This document shows, in pieces, positions 1 through 13,900 of a stretch of 64,000 nt of DNA. This stretch comes from Felis catus (Eukaryota), in the NCBI RefSeq assembly GCF_018350175.1, contig NC_058368.1:51833815-51897814 (forward strand). Direction: 5' to 3'. A model generated the notes under the pieces. It ran no database searches. It saw nothing but the letters and a program-made list of their open reading frames with translations, and was not told the DNA's origin. Numbering within the stretch: position 1 is the first letter of the stretch; every line of letters starts with the position of its first letter. A program made the translations under genes and the position numbers.

Positions 1-899
1 AATAAAACAACAAAACACAAATGTATTCTTAAAATGTACCAGGAAGCAAAGACAGCATATCTACACATTCACTTCTTATTACCAGTAGATTCCAGAAGAG
101 AAAATTATGTCTTTGAAATTCTTAGGGAAAGTATCTATCTACTCAGAATGTTATATCTCGTTAAATCCAAACTCAGAGGTAAGAGAAAGATAACAGAAAA
201 ATAATGAGGGTATAAATTGATTTTTTGAGAAGTTAGTAATTCAGCTATTTACCATTAAACAACTATTGTGTATGCATGAGTGTGTGCAGAAAAAGATAAA
301 ACTAAAACTCTGAGGACCAATAACAAGGATTCTGAGGAAACAGTGCCAGAGTCCAAAGTCCTTGTCCTATCCAGGAAAGAAATATATTAAAATTTTGACA
401 GAAAAATTTACAGTTGAACAGAATCTTAAAAATTGAAGGGTAATTGCAAAATAATAGAAATAAAACCCATAATTTCTTTTTTAAATTTTATTAAGTTTTT
501 AAGATTTTAATTCCAGTATAGTTAACAATACAGTGTTATATTAGTTTCAGGTGTACAATATAGTGATTCAACAATTCTATATATTACTCAGTGCTCATCA
601 TGACAAGTGTATTAATTCCTTTTACCTACTTCAGCCATCATCCCCTAACTACCTCCCTCTAGTAACCATCAGAAGGTTAACCATCAGAAAACCATTTGTT
701 ACCTAGAGTTAGGAGTCTGTTTCTTGGTTTGTCTCTCACTCTTTTTTCCCCGCTATGTTCACCAGTTTTGTTTCTTAAATTCCACACATGAATGAAATCA
801 TATTTGTCTTTCTCTGACTCACTTATTTCACTTAATATTATACTCTGTAGCTCCATCTATGTTGCAAACGGTAAGATTTCATTCTTTTCATGGCTGAGC

Positions 900-1030
900 A
901 GTATGTGTATATATATACACATATATATATACACATATATATACACATGTGTATATATGTGTGTATATATACACATATGTGTATATATACACATATATAT
1001 ATACACATATATATACTGATATATATATCA

Positions 1031-1071
<41 letters not shown>
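900..1071. repeat. Compound (TA)n/(CA/TG) microsatellite inside L1
   Basis: Seen directly; ends in a pure (AT)n run of about 40 nt. Confidence 0.97.
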
Positions 1072-1072
<1 letters not shown>

Positions 1073-1414
1073 ATACCATTTCTTCTTTACCTATTCATCT
1101 ATTGTTGAACACTTGGGCTGCTTCCATAGTTTGGCGATTGTTGCAATAATGCTGCAATAACCATGCGGGGTGCATATATCCTTCTGAATTAGTGTTTTTA
1201 TGTGTTTGGATAAATATCCAATAGTGTCATTACTGGATCATAGGGTAGTTCTATTTTTAATTTTTGGAGGAACCTCCGTACTGTTTTCCACAGTGGTTGC
1301 ACCAGTTTGCAACAGTGTAGGAGCGCTGCGTTTTTCCATATCCTTGCTCACACTTGTTGCTTATATTTCTGATTTTAGCCTTTCTGACAGGCGTGAGGTG
1401 ATATCTCCTTGTGT

Positions 1415-1601
1415 TTTTTAAATATAATTTATTGTCAAGTTAGCTAACATACAGTGTATACAGTATGCTCTTGGCTTCAGGAGTAGATTCCCATGAATCA
1501 TCGCTTACGTACAACACCCAGAGCTCATCCCTACAAGTGCCCTCCTCAATGCCCATCACCCATTCCCCGCCCCCATTATCAACCCTCAGTTTGTTCTCTC
1601 T
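1415..1601 (-). mobile_element. Felid-type L1 3' terminal fragment nested in the older L1
   Basis: tttattgtcaagttagctaacatacagtg...gtgccctcctcaatgcccatcaccc interrupts the host at gatatctccttgtg / ttgtggtttaatttgcat. Confidence 0.75.
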
Positions 1602-2037
1602 TTTGTGGTTTAATTTGCATTTCCCTGATATTGGGTGATGTTGAACATCTTTTCATGTGTGTGTTGGCCATCTGGATGTCTTCTTTCGAGAAATATCTGT
1701 TCATGCCTTCTGCCCATTTTTAACTGGTTAAATCCATAATTTCTAAATCAGCGAGGCAAAAAACACAAACCATAAAAATTGTATAAATCCAAGAAAAAGT
1801 AGAAGAAAAAGTATGTTAAAAAACCCACAAAATATTATGATAGATATAAGTCCAGAAATACCAATAAGCACAATAAATTAATTCACTTAATAATTAACAG
1901 AGGCCATCAGATTGGATGATAAAGCAATATTTAGCTATATGTACCTCATAAAAATCACTTCTAAAAGCAATATAGGAAGATGAGAAGATTAAAAATACTA
2001 AGGGAAAGAAAGCTATGATAGCAATATTAATATGATT

Positions 2038-2221
2038 ATTTTTTTATTTTACTTTTTAGAGAGAATGCATGTATATGGGGAAGGGGCAGAGGGAGAATCT
2101 CAAACATGCTCCATGCTCAGCACAGAGCCTGACATGGGGCTTGATCTCATGAGCCTGGGATCATGACCTAAGTTGAAATCAACAGTTGGATGCTCAACTG
2201 ATTGAGCCACCCAGGCGCCCC
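2038..2221 (-). mobile_element. CAN-SINE
   Basis: Ends ...gagccacccaggcgcccc (reverse complement of the tRNA-derived head); T-rich tail. Confidence 0.92.
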
Positions 2222-2689
2222 TAGTATTAATATTATTAATGTTAACTGAATTGTATTTTAGGGTAATAAAGACATTAAAAAGGATGAGGGAAATATTACA
2301 TAATAATAAGTGGAGTTATCTACAAAGATATGAATCATGATCATGAATGCATAAAATATATACCACAACAAATATATGTCCATTTATGTATACCTTACTG
2401 TAGTAAAACATTTAAACACTTTTCTATCAGCAACTGATAAGGTAGTAAGACTGTGGAAGATTTGAATAACATTAGCAACTTGATTTCAAATAAATATGCA
2501 TAAATTATATATGTTTATAAATATAAGTTTAAATGTTATATATTTATATTTATATAATTGTATATATGTGTGTATCATGCACTTAGAAAATTGAATGTAT
2601 ACATACTATTCAAACACACATAGAATATTTTCACATATTGGCAGTGTATTGGGCACAAGGGAAGTCTCATCAAATTTCAATGAATCAGA

Positions 2690-3123
2690 GTGAAATAAGT
2701 CAGAGTAAAACAAATACCATAGGATCTCACTTATATGTGGATTCTAAAAACAAAACAATGAAACAATGAACTCATAGATACAGAGAACAGATTGGTGGTT
2801 TCCAGAGCAGGGTTGGGAGGTAGGCAAAAATGGATGAAGGGAATCAAAAGGTGCAGACTTCTAGAAAATAAATAAGTCATGGGGATGTAATGCACAGCAT
2901 GAGATACATGGTTCATAATACTATATCATACATTTGAAAGTTTCTAAAAGAGTAGATCTTAAAAGTCCTCCTCACAAGAAAAACACGTTTTTGTAACTAT
3001 GTATGGTGATGGATGTTAACTAGGCTTATTGCAGGGATCATTTTGCAATATATACAAATACGAATCATTACGTTTTACGCCTGAAACTAATCTATGTGGT
3101 ATATCGATTATACCTCAAGAAAA
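2690..3123 (+). mobile_element. L1MA/L1_Carn-type 3' end with perfect 18-bp TSD
   Basis: gtgaaataagtcag...tatacctcaagaaaaaa flanked by AAATTTCAATGAATCAGA (2672-2689, 3124-3141). Confidence 0.9.
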
Positions 3124-3399
3124 AAATTTCAATGAATCAGATTTATATAGACCACAATCTCCAGTCTCAGTGCCATTAAATTAGGAATAAATAGTAAAAG
3201 ATGATGAAAACAGTTCATATACACAAATAAAAATTGTAATACGAAACTACAAATGAACCTAAGACATACCACAATGAATTTCCAGCCCAACAGCCCCCAA
3301 AAAAGGAGATTCCAAAATTTATGGGAATCGGCCAAAATATTTAAGGTAAATCTTAGCCTTGAGTTGATTTAGTAGCAGGAAGCATTTACATAAGAGTGG

Positions 3400-3670
3400 A
3401 TTGTAGTTCAGCGCTGTCCACTAAGTATTTCCAGTTTTCTAGTCCTATGTTCTGACTGCATCCCGTTGCTGCTCTGAAGCTCTGTGTAGCCATATGACTT
3501 GCTGAGGTCAATGGAAAGTAAGCAGAAGGAATTTTTGCCACATTTAGGGAGGATCTTTATGAACTTAACTAGCATACAGTTGGCCAGACCCTTTGTTCTT
3601 CTGTTGGCAGTTAGAAAGCATGGAGATGAGGTCTCCCTTAGCCCAGACACCTGAGTGAGGCTGACAGTCT
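3400..3670. mobile_element. Old MaLR (MLT1-like) LTR fragment
   Basis: gccatatgacttgctgaggtcaatggaaagtaagcagaag resembles the MLT1 core. Confidence 0.5.
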
Positions 3671-4453
3671 TCCGAGTCCCCCCCACCCCTCCACTCTCTT
3701 CCTGTCTGTCTACATGTGTAAAGCATCAAATGGAAGATTGCCACCATCTCATTTCCAAGTTAGGTTTCCAGTTACTCTCTGGATTTCTGTCTTCTACAAG
3801 CTGAATTTTTTAGATTTTCCTCTTTGGAGTGGCATTTGCAATCTGTTGGCCTAATCACCTAATCAGCCTGATCTTTTAAAATTATGTTTCATTGTTTGTT
3901 GTTTCCTCTGTCTCCAGTTTTTTAGTGGCATCTGGGAACCTTCAGGTACTGTTTTCCACAGACTAATAGAAAGTGCTTAAAATACCACCAAATAAAGCCC
4001 CCAAAGAGTCTGAAAACACAGGCTTTAAGCTGGTTATAAATCTGCAAAACAGTCCGGGGGTTAATTCCTCCCTAACCTACCCATTTGACTATTCTCTAGT
4101 TGCCAGAGTTGCATTCGTCTTTGAGCTCTTTTGTGTTCTGTGTTGGTGAAGGCAATCAAACCTTTAATACATTATTCCTGCTAATTGACATATCTTCCTT
4201 TCTGAAAACAAATAAAAAACAAACAATATTTCTAAAGCTGAAAAATAAGAACATATCTATAATCATACTGGCACAATCCTTCAGTGACATGATTATTACC
4301 ATTGTCTTTGTGAAGGATCTAGGATGAGATTTTAAAGTTGAAACAGATCACCCCTTTCTGGCATAATTATTATTCTTTTCTGAAAATTAATTGTGTACAG
4401 ACCATAATTAGATGCTCACTAATGATTTGTTTTGAGTAAACTTGCAACAACTT

Positions 4454-4657
4454 AAAAAAAATTTTTTTTAATTAATTAATTATTTTGAGAGAGAGTAAGA
4501 GGGGTAGGGGCAGAGAGAGGGGAGAGAGAGAATCCCAAACAGGCTCTGCACCATCAGCACAGAGCCAGATCCAGGGCTTGACCTCAAACCATGAGATCAT
4601 GACCTGAGTTGAAACCAGGGGGCAGACACTTAACTGACTGAGTCACCCAGGTGCCCC
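4454..4657 (-). mobile_element. CAN-SINE
   Basis: Head reverse complement at 4657; TSD TGCA(A/G)CAACTT. Confidence 0.93.
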
Positions 4658-5759
4658 TGCAGCAACTTTTTTCAGACTGGCTTATAACTTCTAGAATGTG
4701 ATGATTTGCCCAAGAGAATAGTGCACTATTTTCTGTATGCTGCCTTCAACTGCCATTTCCTTAGATTCAGATAGTCACGTCCTTGAAGTTGTGCTGATCT
4801 CTTAAAGGACAAAGAAAGACTCCACTATCATGGGAGGGTTTGTTGCCCTACTGTGTCGCACTGACTTTTAAATAATTTCCGACTTGGTTTGCAACACTCC
4901 AGGGTGATTGCAATTTTTTGCAAGGGAGTTTTGCAAAACTCTGGAAATTATCAAAGAAAAATAACTCTTGAGTTAAAGAAAGAAAACTCCTCACCACATT
5001 GGCTTTTATGATGAGAGACATTTGAGGAAAGCAAGAAGATAGATTGTTCTAAATCAAAATACTTTCAAAAGCTCTAGAGCGGGTACCCAGTGTGATGGTA
5101 GCACAAGTAGCAATATTTGCCAGCGAGACTTGAGTCATGTGAGATTCATTTTTCTCTGATAAAGTTAACACATTTGAAAAAAAAATTAAAGATGCTTTTA
5201 AGTAGGATGTTATTCTTCAAGGTTTAAGTAATTTTACACACTCATTTTCAAGAAGACCAAGCCTTGTTTTGGGTAAAAAATGTTACAAATTTTGAAAAAA
5301 GTTTCTGAACTTTTTTTTTTGAACTTTAAAATATCTCCTAAATCATCATGGGATCTGTCGAGGTTCAGCATAGGCTGTGACATTGTTTCTTTTGAGTATT
5401 CTTAGGAGTGGTATTGACATTTGAAGAATCTAAATGGCTAGAAACGCAAGACAATGCAGTGACAGCAAATGCCGTTTTATCATCTGTGCAGAAATAAGCA
5501 TTGAATGAATAGCGATTGCACTGTAAGAAATGTTGTACCAGCCCTGGCAACTTTGTTGATCTTGGAAACCTACTGTTTTCTAATCTGTGCTTGGTGACTT
5601 GTTAAGTTCCAGTATTATTTGCTTATTAACGAATCAGACTTTGTTCAAGACATTCCTGGCTATTGATTTCGCCTTAGTCAATAGTTTTATTGATTAGCCA
5701 CTGAGACCAGAGCAGGGTATTCTGGTAGGTGCTGCCTAAGACTGGAAGAGAAATACTGC

Positions 5760-5985
5760 ATTTTATAAGCCTGGACCCTGAACCCATACTGCCTAGCTTC
5801 AAATCCTGGTTCTGCTGCTTACTGGCTGGTTCAGAGTGTTTGACCTCTCTGTGCTTCAGTTTCCTCATTTATAAAAGAGGAATAATAATAGAAAATAGCT
5901 CAAATAGTTTTTTGATGATTAAATGAGTCCATGTGATGTAAAGGATTTAGAACAGCTACTGGCATTTGGGAAGCACCAATTGCTA
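5760..5985 (+). mobile_element. MIR SINE
   Basis: ttcaaatcctggttctgctgcttact...ctctgtgcttcagtttcctcatttataaaa core. Confidence 0.85.
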
Positions 5986-8900
5986 CTGTTAAGATAAATT
6001 GTAAAAAATTTCATCTTAATGGCAACGATAGATACGTGAGCTATTTACAAAAATAAAACAAAGTGACTACAGGGAAAACAATATTGACTAGAAATTAGAG
6101 CTGGATGCTGTATCCTAGTCTATTGTTTCTTTGATACATCCTATATCCTGGCTGATAAATGAGTATCACACTACTTGCCCCCATGTCCCACTGTTTGATA
6201 AAGAGAACCAAATGGAATAATGCTCACTTACCGCATGAGTCTTCCTAAAATTTTTAGCCCACATTAACTGCCCCTTCTTGGGCACTCTCTATGCTGTTGA
6301 CTCATATTTTCATCATGATACTTAACACACTTAGTCTTGTACTATAGTAAATTCTTGATGTGCTTCTTTCTCCAACTAGATAAAGTCTTGGTGGTGGAGA
6401 CACTGTCTTACTCACTTTTAAAAATCATCTAGCATTGTGACTTGGACATAATAGACATGTAATAAGTGTTTATTAAGAGGGTTCTGACAAACTTAGCTTG
6501 ACAAATACATAGAATTATTATCATTATTACTATTATAACTACTACACTATGTGACTTTACAGGGTGTAATTACGTGGGCTGTTGGCATGAATTCTAGGGG
6601 TAGAGTTGGGTGGGGTTTGAATGGAGCAGACTGCATGGGGATTATTTACATAAATTGTGGCTTCATGTATTTTTGTTTTCTCTCTGCATTATACCCTTAC
6701 ATTAAAATGCACACATTAGACGCAGCAAGTATTTTTCTAGCTTTTAATTGGGTCAGATGTGAAATAATTAATTATTATGGGGTTGCAAAAAGCCTTCTAA
6801 TCCTTCCATGTTGTTACCACATGATAAATGAGGCTTATGAAAATAACTACTTAGGTATTTGTCCAACTTCCAGCTGAAACTTGGAGGTTTATTTATTTAT
6901 TCATTTATTCTTATAAAAAATTTCCATGTGTCTTTGCTACGTGCTAGACAGTGCACTGGGGCAGTGGGGACCCGCAGTACTCAAGTCCATTCTGTATGGA
7001 TAAACAGGCATTTTCATTAAGAGGCAAACAAAATCAAACACTGTACTCTGTCCGAATGAACTTGAAAACCCTGTTGGGGATCTTTTATCTTAGTTTAACA
7101 CATTAGGTGTTTTTCTCTTCTTGCAGTAATTGGGTCTATCAATTTGATAAACATAGTGCTCATATTAGGATATGGAAATGTAGATGGAAAATCTACATTT
7201 AAAATATATGGGGCTTGCTCTTAGAGGACTTTTACTCTAAGGACAAGGGTATAAGGAGAAGAGTGGCTGGGCCACTAGAGACTGTGCTGAGAACTGTCAC
7301 CATTTTCATGCCTGAATTTGGGCAAGTAGCCTAACCTTGTTAGGTCATCAGTAAAACTAGGATAATAGCAAGCTGTTCCTAGATTTCCTCAGAGAATTAG
7401 ATCTACAAACTCAAGAAGAAACAATGCTGCCTTTGTAATTCTGTGGCTAGGTCAATTTGATGTCCATAAACACTATTAGAAGTATACGTGAACATACATT
7501 TTCTCTCCTAAAATTCAGTAGAGTGACCCAGTGACCATGGTTCTGAAGTGTAAGGAATGGGAGGCACCAGAGAAATATGCCTTTATTCATCTCGTTGTGA
7601 ATGTGTGACGTCTGGATGTTTCTCATCAGTCTATCGTATTTCAAATACATTCTTAATGCAAAGTTCTTAATGGGACGTGTTCTTTCATGTTTCATAAACC
7701 TCTGAAATCATATATTTCATTTAAAATAAAAATAATTTAAAATGGAGCCACTATGCATTCAATTTCTTTCAAAACACAAAGCTTTACAAATTTGCATCAA
7801 AATAAAAAATCAAGACTGCTTAATTAAAACCTTGACACCAGCAACCTCTTCAATTATGTGTTAAAGAGACAGGCATCCTGGGGATCCCAGTTAAAATCTG
7901 TGTACATCCCAATTGTCTCTGCTGTGTGCACATGAGTATTTCACAGAGGGGGGAAAAGAGGTGCTTTAATAGAAAAAAAAATATTTAAAATTTCTCCAGA
8001 CATGAATCATTTCACACTTTTTCAAACAGGAAGAGGGCAAGTCTGTCTTTTCAGAAGAAGAATGAAGAATAGAAATTTAGGGCAGAATGTGTCATCTCTG
8101 TTCTATGTCTAAATTTCAATGAATGCTTTCTTTCTGAGCACTAAAATTTTTATCTGATAATTGTTACTTAGAAAACAATTTCTAAGACTTGACCACTGGT
8201 TGTTTGGATGTATTCTGTAGACCATATTGAGTAAATGGGGGAGGAGCAGGCTGTTTATTTCACTCCGCTAGGGTATATAAATTTTGTAGTGAAAGGACTG
8301 CTTTTCTTTACATCCTAATTCTTGTTGTCTTTACTATTATGTGCCTATTCTCAATTTCTTTTGCTAATGTGGAACCCAGCAGCTCTTTGTTCTCATTGTG
8401 TCTGTTGTCTCCCTTTCTTTGTGTTGCAGGGATACTGCTACCCGCATCTGCCACTGAGCATGCGGGAAAAATCCTTCAATAGATTCTTTACTTAGGACTT
8501 TCAGTAGTATTACTCCACTTCTCCAGGTTTTAGTAGTCGCCAGAATATCCAGAAGATAGACTGAAACTTGGAAAGGTGATACAGGTGGTTAAGTGGTGGT
8601 CTAGCAAGCTGGAACTCCAGATAGGAAGGGTCAGGGTAGCTGCCACACATGTTAATCTAATTTCTGGAGGCTCTCGCCAAGCAAGTTAAATGCAGAACAC
8701 CCACCCTACAGGCAGAAGCTAGAGATACAGATTGATATCTGAGAAGACCCAAGTGTTTCTGAACAGAGCCATATCTAAAACCAATGAATGATAGGATGTG
8801 CTAGCAGCTCCAGAAGGATGCGGTACATTGTTACAAAGATGTAAAGTCCCTGAGAAGGAACTTTCACTAGATAGCGTATCATCTGAGGATGAGAACCAGT

Positions 8901-10011
8901 TCTGTGCACTTTTCTCATAATAAAATCTTAGACTTTTCTCTGTGCTAAACACTTGCAATGCTAAGTTATTATTAATTGAATGAAACTAGTGATTCAACTC
9001 TTCTGCTTAAAAGCGTCCCCCTTCCACCGCCCCCCTCCCCAAGCAGATTTGCCAATGGTTTCCAAAAGATGTAAGGAGAGCAGGCTGGCAGGCAAGATTA
9101 GGGATATTGGGATAGAGGTCTAAGGTTTTGTTTTTCTCTGTCCTCTCCCGCTCCGTAAGTCTGACCTAATAGCTTGTAAATTATTAAAGAGATGGAGCAC
9201 TGTACAATTTTACTCATGTTTCGCCCATAATGAGTCTTGCTTTTTTTGCTCACTGCTTGACGGCCAACTCGTGTCTGGCACAGTTAAGTGGTCAAGGATC
9301 TTTGGTTTGATAAATGTAAGAACATACATAGTATGGAAAACGTTCTTGTTTCATTATAACAAACACTGGCGGTAACAGAATAATTTAAATTTGACTACTT
9401 TAGAATAAACTAAACACTTGGCTCTTTAGCAGCTGGCCACTGTCTTCGAAGGATTTCTTCTTTCTTCTCCGCCTCTCTCCCACCATTTTGTTTCTGTATT
9501 ACCAATTAATGGATTAATAGCATCGTCTCAAAGTCTTTATGTTCCACGTTTTCACTTTTCGGCCCTTATAGTTCCCTGGCCCTCTGGTTCTCTATAGGTT
9601 TCATAAACCAGTGGCTAGTGGCTAAGTTCCTTCGGCACAAGAGCACTTGGACGGTAGCAAACCACCTGGCACAAGGTGCACCCCTCTAGGGCAGGCACCT
9701 GCAGAGACTTTTTTGGAACCCCGCCCCTGGTTCAGAGATCAGCGCAGTTCGCACTCTCCGCAGCTGCGGGAGGAAGTGCCTGTGACGGGAAAGTTCAGGC
9801 CAGGTCCAATCAAGCACCGTGGGGTTAGGTGGCGGAAGCGGGGCCTCAGGACCCCAGGACCCCTGCCCAGGCTGCTAGCGGGGCCCGAGGGAGCTCCTCT
9901 TCCACCCCACCGGCCCCGCCCACCCGGCGTTCGCGCCCCGCCCCGCCCCCGGGCCGCGGCTAAAACCCGGAGCCGCCGCTGCGCCCAGGGGACCGGAGGG
10001 ACGCTCTGAGC

Positions 10012-10067
10012 ATGTGCAGAGCTGCTTGGCGGCGGCTCCCTCGGCCGGAGGCTGGGGCTCGGTGCTG

Positions 10068-10068
<1 letters not shown>
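10012..10068 (+). other. Upstream ORF 1 (18 aa, MCRAAWRRLPRPEAGARC*)
   Basis: ATG 10012, TGA 10066-10068. Relevant only if the TSS lies upstream of 10012. Confidence 0.45.
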
Positions 10069-10983
<915 letters not shown>

Positions 10984-13900
10984 TGAGGCTTTTCATGAGG
11001 GCGGAAACCTGTTTCTCATAGCTCAGGCTGACCCAGCTGGGGATGGATTGGTCCCCTCCATCTCGCTGTATTCTGCTTTCTGCTGAATATTCGGTCCCAA
11101 GCTCCTTTTTCGCATTAACTGAAAAATCTATGCCGTCTTTTTGCTACCCAGTCCTGCGTTTTTCTCCCAGTCATTTTTGGGAGTAACGGGGGATGGGCAG
11201 GGTTTGGCCTCAGTTTGCGACCGTTCCCTGTCTTTTCTCCCCAGCGAACGCTGGACAGGCTTTGCGTATCGTCCCTTTCCGTGGCATCCCGAGCCGCCTG
11301 GTGATGGATCTCTCCTTAGAGATTCGTTCTTGCAGTTTGACTTGTGCAGTCGCATGTCCTCTTTTGCTGCATTTTCATTGATAGCTTCTCATTTCAAAGA
11401 CTGACTTGGTTTTTGAAATGTGCTGCCACCACCGGATTTCCTATCAGTACTGATGTCAAAAAATGAGGGCTTTTCGGGGAATGGAGTGAGCAGCTTGACA
11501 ACACTGTTACTTAGAAACCAAGGATCTGTCTTTAATTTTTTTTTTTTAAATCAAACTGTTGATTGAATAAAAGTGAGATTAGAGAAACTTTAAAAAAAAT
11601 TTTTTTAGAAGCCGTAAGTTGGTTATCAGAAAACTTGTGGCTGGTAGCATCTTTTCATTTGAAATCTGGTTCGCCCTTTCTGTGTTCCAACCGTGACTCA
11701 CTTTGGGGAGGTCTAGTTCCCTTTTCACGCTGCTTACTCGTGGAGTAGGTCCTTTCATGACTGATTTCTTTTAGTTGGCTCATATGCTTTCCTCCGTCAC
11801 TAGAGGTAGTGGGATATCGTAAGATGAGCAGAAGCCCCAGATGAGGTAGAACTTGGTCCCTGCAGGAAAACCAACAGCATTCACCTCTGCAGAGCTACGT
11901 GGCATGGAACGGTTGTAGTCCTTTTATCTAGGGTCGTTTTACTTAGGACCCTTCCTGTTTTGGGTCAGCTGGATTTTCCTCACTCTCTGTGTTCCTGTTG
12001 CATGAACACACAGCGGGAATGAGAAATGGAGAACCTTCCTGGTTTCCTATTGAGAACTGTAGTGCTCCTTTAGACTCTTAGAACTCAGACTGCAAAAGTT
12101 TAGTAGCCAATTGATTTGATTGGGAGAATCAAAATGTAGGGGAGCTACAGCAAAGCAAACTCCCCCTCCCCCTCCTCCCCCTCAGCACTCCTCCAAAGCA
12201 AACTCCTCCTCCCCTCCTCCTCCTCCGTACTTGTCCGCAGCTGTGCTGGTAGCTCAAGTTGTAAAAATCAAAACCGCTTACCACTTTGGGGAGAGTTAAG
12301 CCATTCTTTAGAAGTTACACCTTTATTTTTGTGAAGCCCAGGCTGTATTGTAAACGCAGTTTCAACCTGAATATGGTACTAGAAGATGCTCTCATGCTGG
12401 TTGTTCTTAGGTTCTATGATAACTATAAGCCCTTAGGCCACTTTCAGGTTATTTTATGTTGATTTAGTCCCCACTTGGCCTTTCCTAGAGATAACGTACT
12501 TAAATAGTAAAGGAGAACTTGTTTGTGTTTTTGATCCTATGCGTTAAAAATATTAGCATTTTAAAATGTGTTATGATATACTTACTGTTGTCTGACTATT
12601 GCTAGAATTTTGGTATGTAGGCTTTCCTTTTGTAGTTTTCTGTTCTTCAAAATAGTATTGAAATGACTTTGAAAAACAATGACCTCCTTAGTAGGATTAC
12701 TGTTAGCCCTTCAGATGGTTCCCAGTGAATGTAAATTAATTATAGCAGGTTCTACTGATTTCACTCATCGAGTAGTTAGGTGACTACATAAATCAGTGCC
12801 TTGACACTTTACAAATGTTTCTCCAGACAAGTGGCATACTGTTTTATGGAGTATCTTTCTCAAAACAAACCTAGGATTAGAATCTCATGTGGAAAAACAG
12901 AGGGATCATTACTCTCAGGTGGGATGTAACTTAAAAAATTTTAAGGTCGCCTGATTTACAGAAACCTTTCATGGCGTTTTGTACACTACGGTATTTTTGT
13001 ATTGCAGTATTTTGGCCTGTTGATAAACAAATAAACAGGGTCTGATTTTCAAAGTTTAACCCGCTTGTAAATGCTTGCAAAGCTCTGATTTTCCTTCATC
13101 ACTGCAAACTGTTTAAGTACCTGTCCTGTAGTGTCACAGATAAGGTGCTTTTCACTGGATTCCCTAGATGTTTGCAGGGAAGCAACGTATTTTTATTTCC
13201 CCTGTTAAGAAACAACTGTAGTGGATAAGAAGTAACTGAATATTTTTAAAATATCTAAAAATAGTTTTACATTTTCACTATAAAAAACACACACAAAACA
13301 ACACAACCCAACACAGAAGTGAGTGTCAAGTCACAGGAGTCTCCCTTCTTGTTCAGTTCACTGCCATGATTGAGTTTACCCCTGTTAACATTCTGTAGAT
13401 CCTTCAAGATCAAAACATGATTATACCAATCAATATGCAAATATATACACCTCAATTTTTTTACTTACCTTTCACTGAACATATCTTGGACATCTTTGTC
13501 TCCCTGTGACAATCGCATCGTTGTTAAAGTAACAGAAGTAAGGATCGGCTTACTGTTAACATATTGCTTATAATTTTTCATGCATTTTTATCATGATTTC
13601 ATCCTTGGGGGCTAAACAAAATTGATATTTGATTATTTAGAATAGTATTTCCCACTAAGATGTCTTATCTTCAGGAAAGAAATTCACAAACTTAGATTAA
13701 TTCTTGAATATTTTAAGAAGTTCTTTCCTATAGGTCCATTTTATTCTAATAAAACTTTGGACTATAACTGTTCACATTTTATTAACCTGGACAACTCTTG
13801 GCTCAAGAGTTATGTGTAAAAGGAAAACAGTGACTCATAGAATCAGTATTTGCTTGATGATGGTTGATTAGTTAATGAACGATCAATCAGGTCTCTTAGA

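Larger units (their letters stand above)
478..1733 (-). mobile_element. 5'-truncated carnivore L1 (3' end), antisense
   Basis: T-rich tail at ~478 followed by L1 3'UTR and ORF2-end motifs. Flanked by direct repeat CCATAATTTCT (467-477, 1734-1744). Confidence 0.88.
1745..3365 (+). mobile_element. Ancient degenerate L1 (ORF2 endonuclease-region remnant)
   Basis: A-rich. gggcacaagggaagtctcatcaaattt...accacaatctccagtctcagtgccattaaattaggaat resembles the end of the L1 EN domain. Interrupted by a SINE and a younger L1. Confidence 0.6.

Noticed and set aside
792..1149. YIYI-rich ORFs
   Set aside because: Translations of a TA/CA microsatellite.
7790..7803. Octamer ATTTGCAT as a possible OCT-SOX composite
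   Set aside because: The adjacent half-site is AAAAT rather than ACAAT/ACAAA; an isolated octamer is expected by chance.
11601..11619. tttttttag|AAGCC|gtaagt possible microexon or alternative first-exon donor
   Set aside because: 5 nt is not frame-preserving and the upstream tract is A-rich. The donor could belong to an alternative first exon, but I have no further support.
12150..12226. Short local duplication (aaagcaaactcc..cctcc x2); similar small duplications at 664-695 and 25985-26034
   Set aside because: Ordinary slippage duplications with only two copies; not an array.
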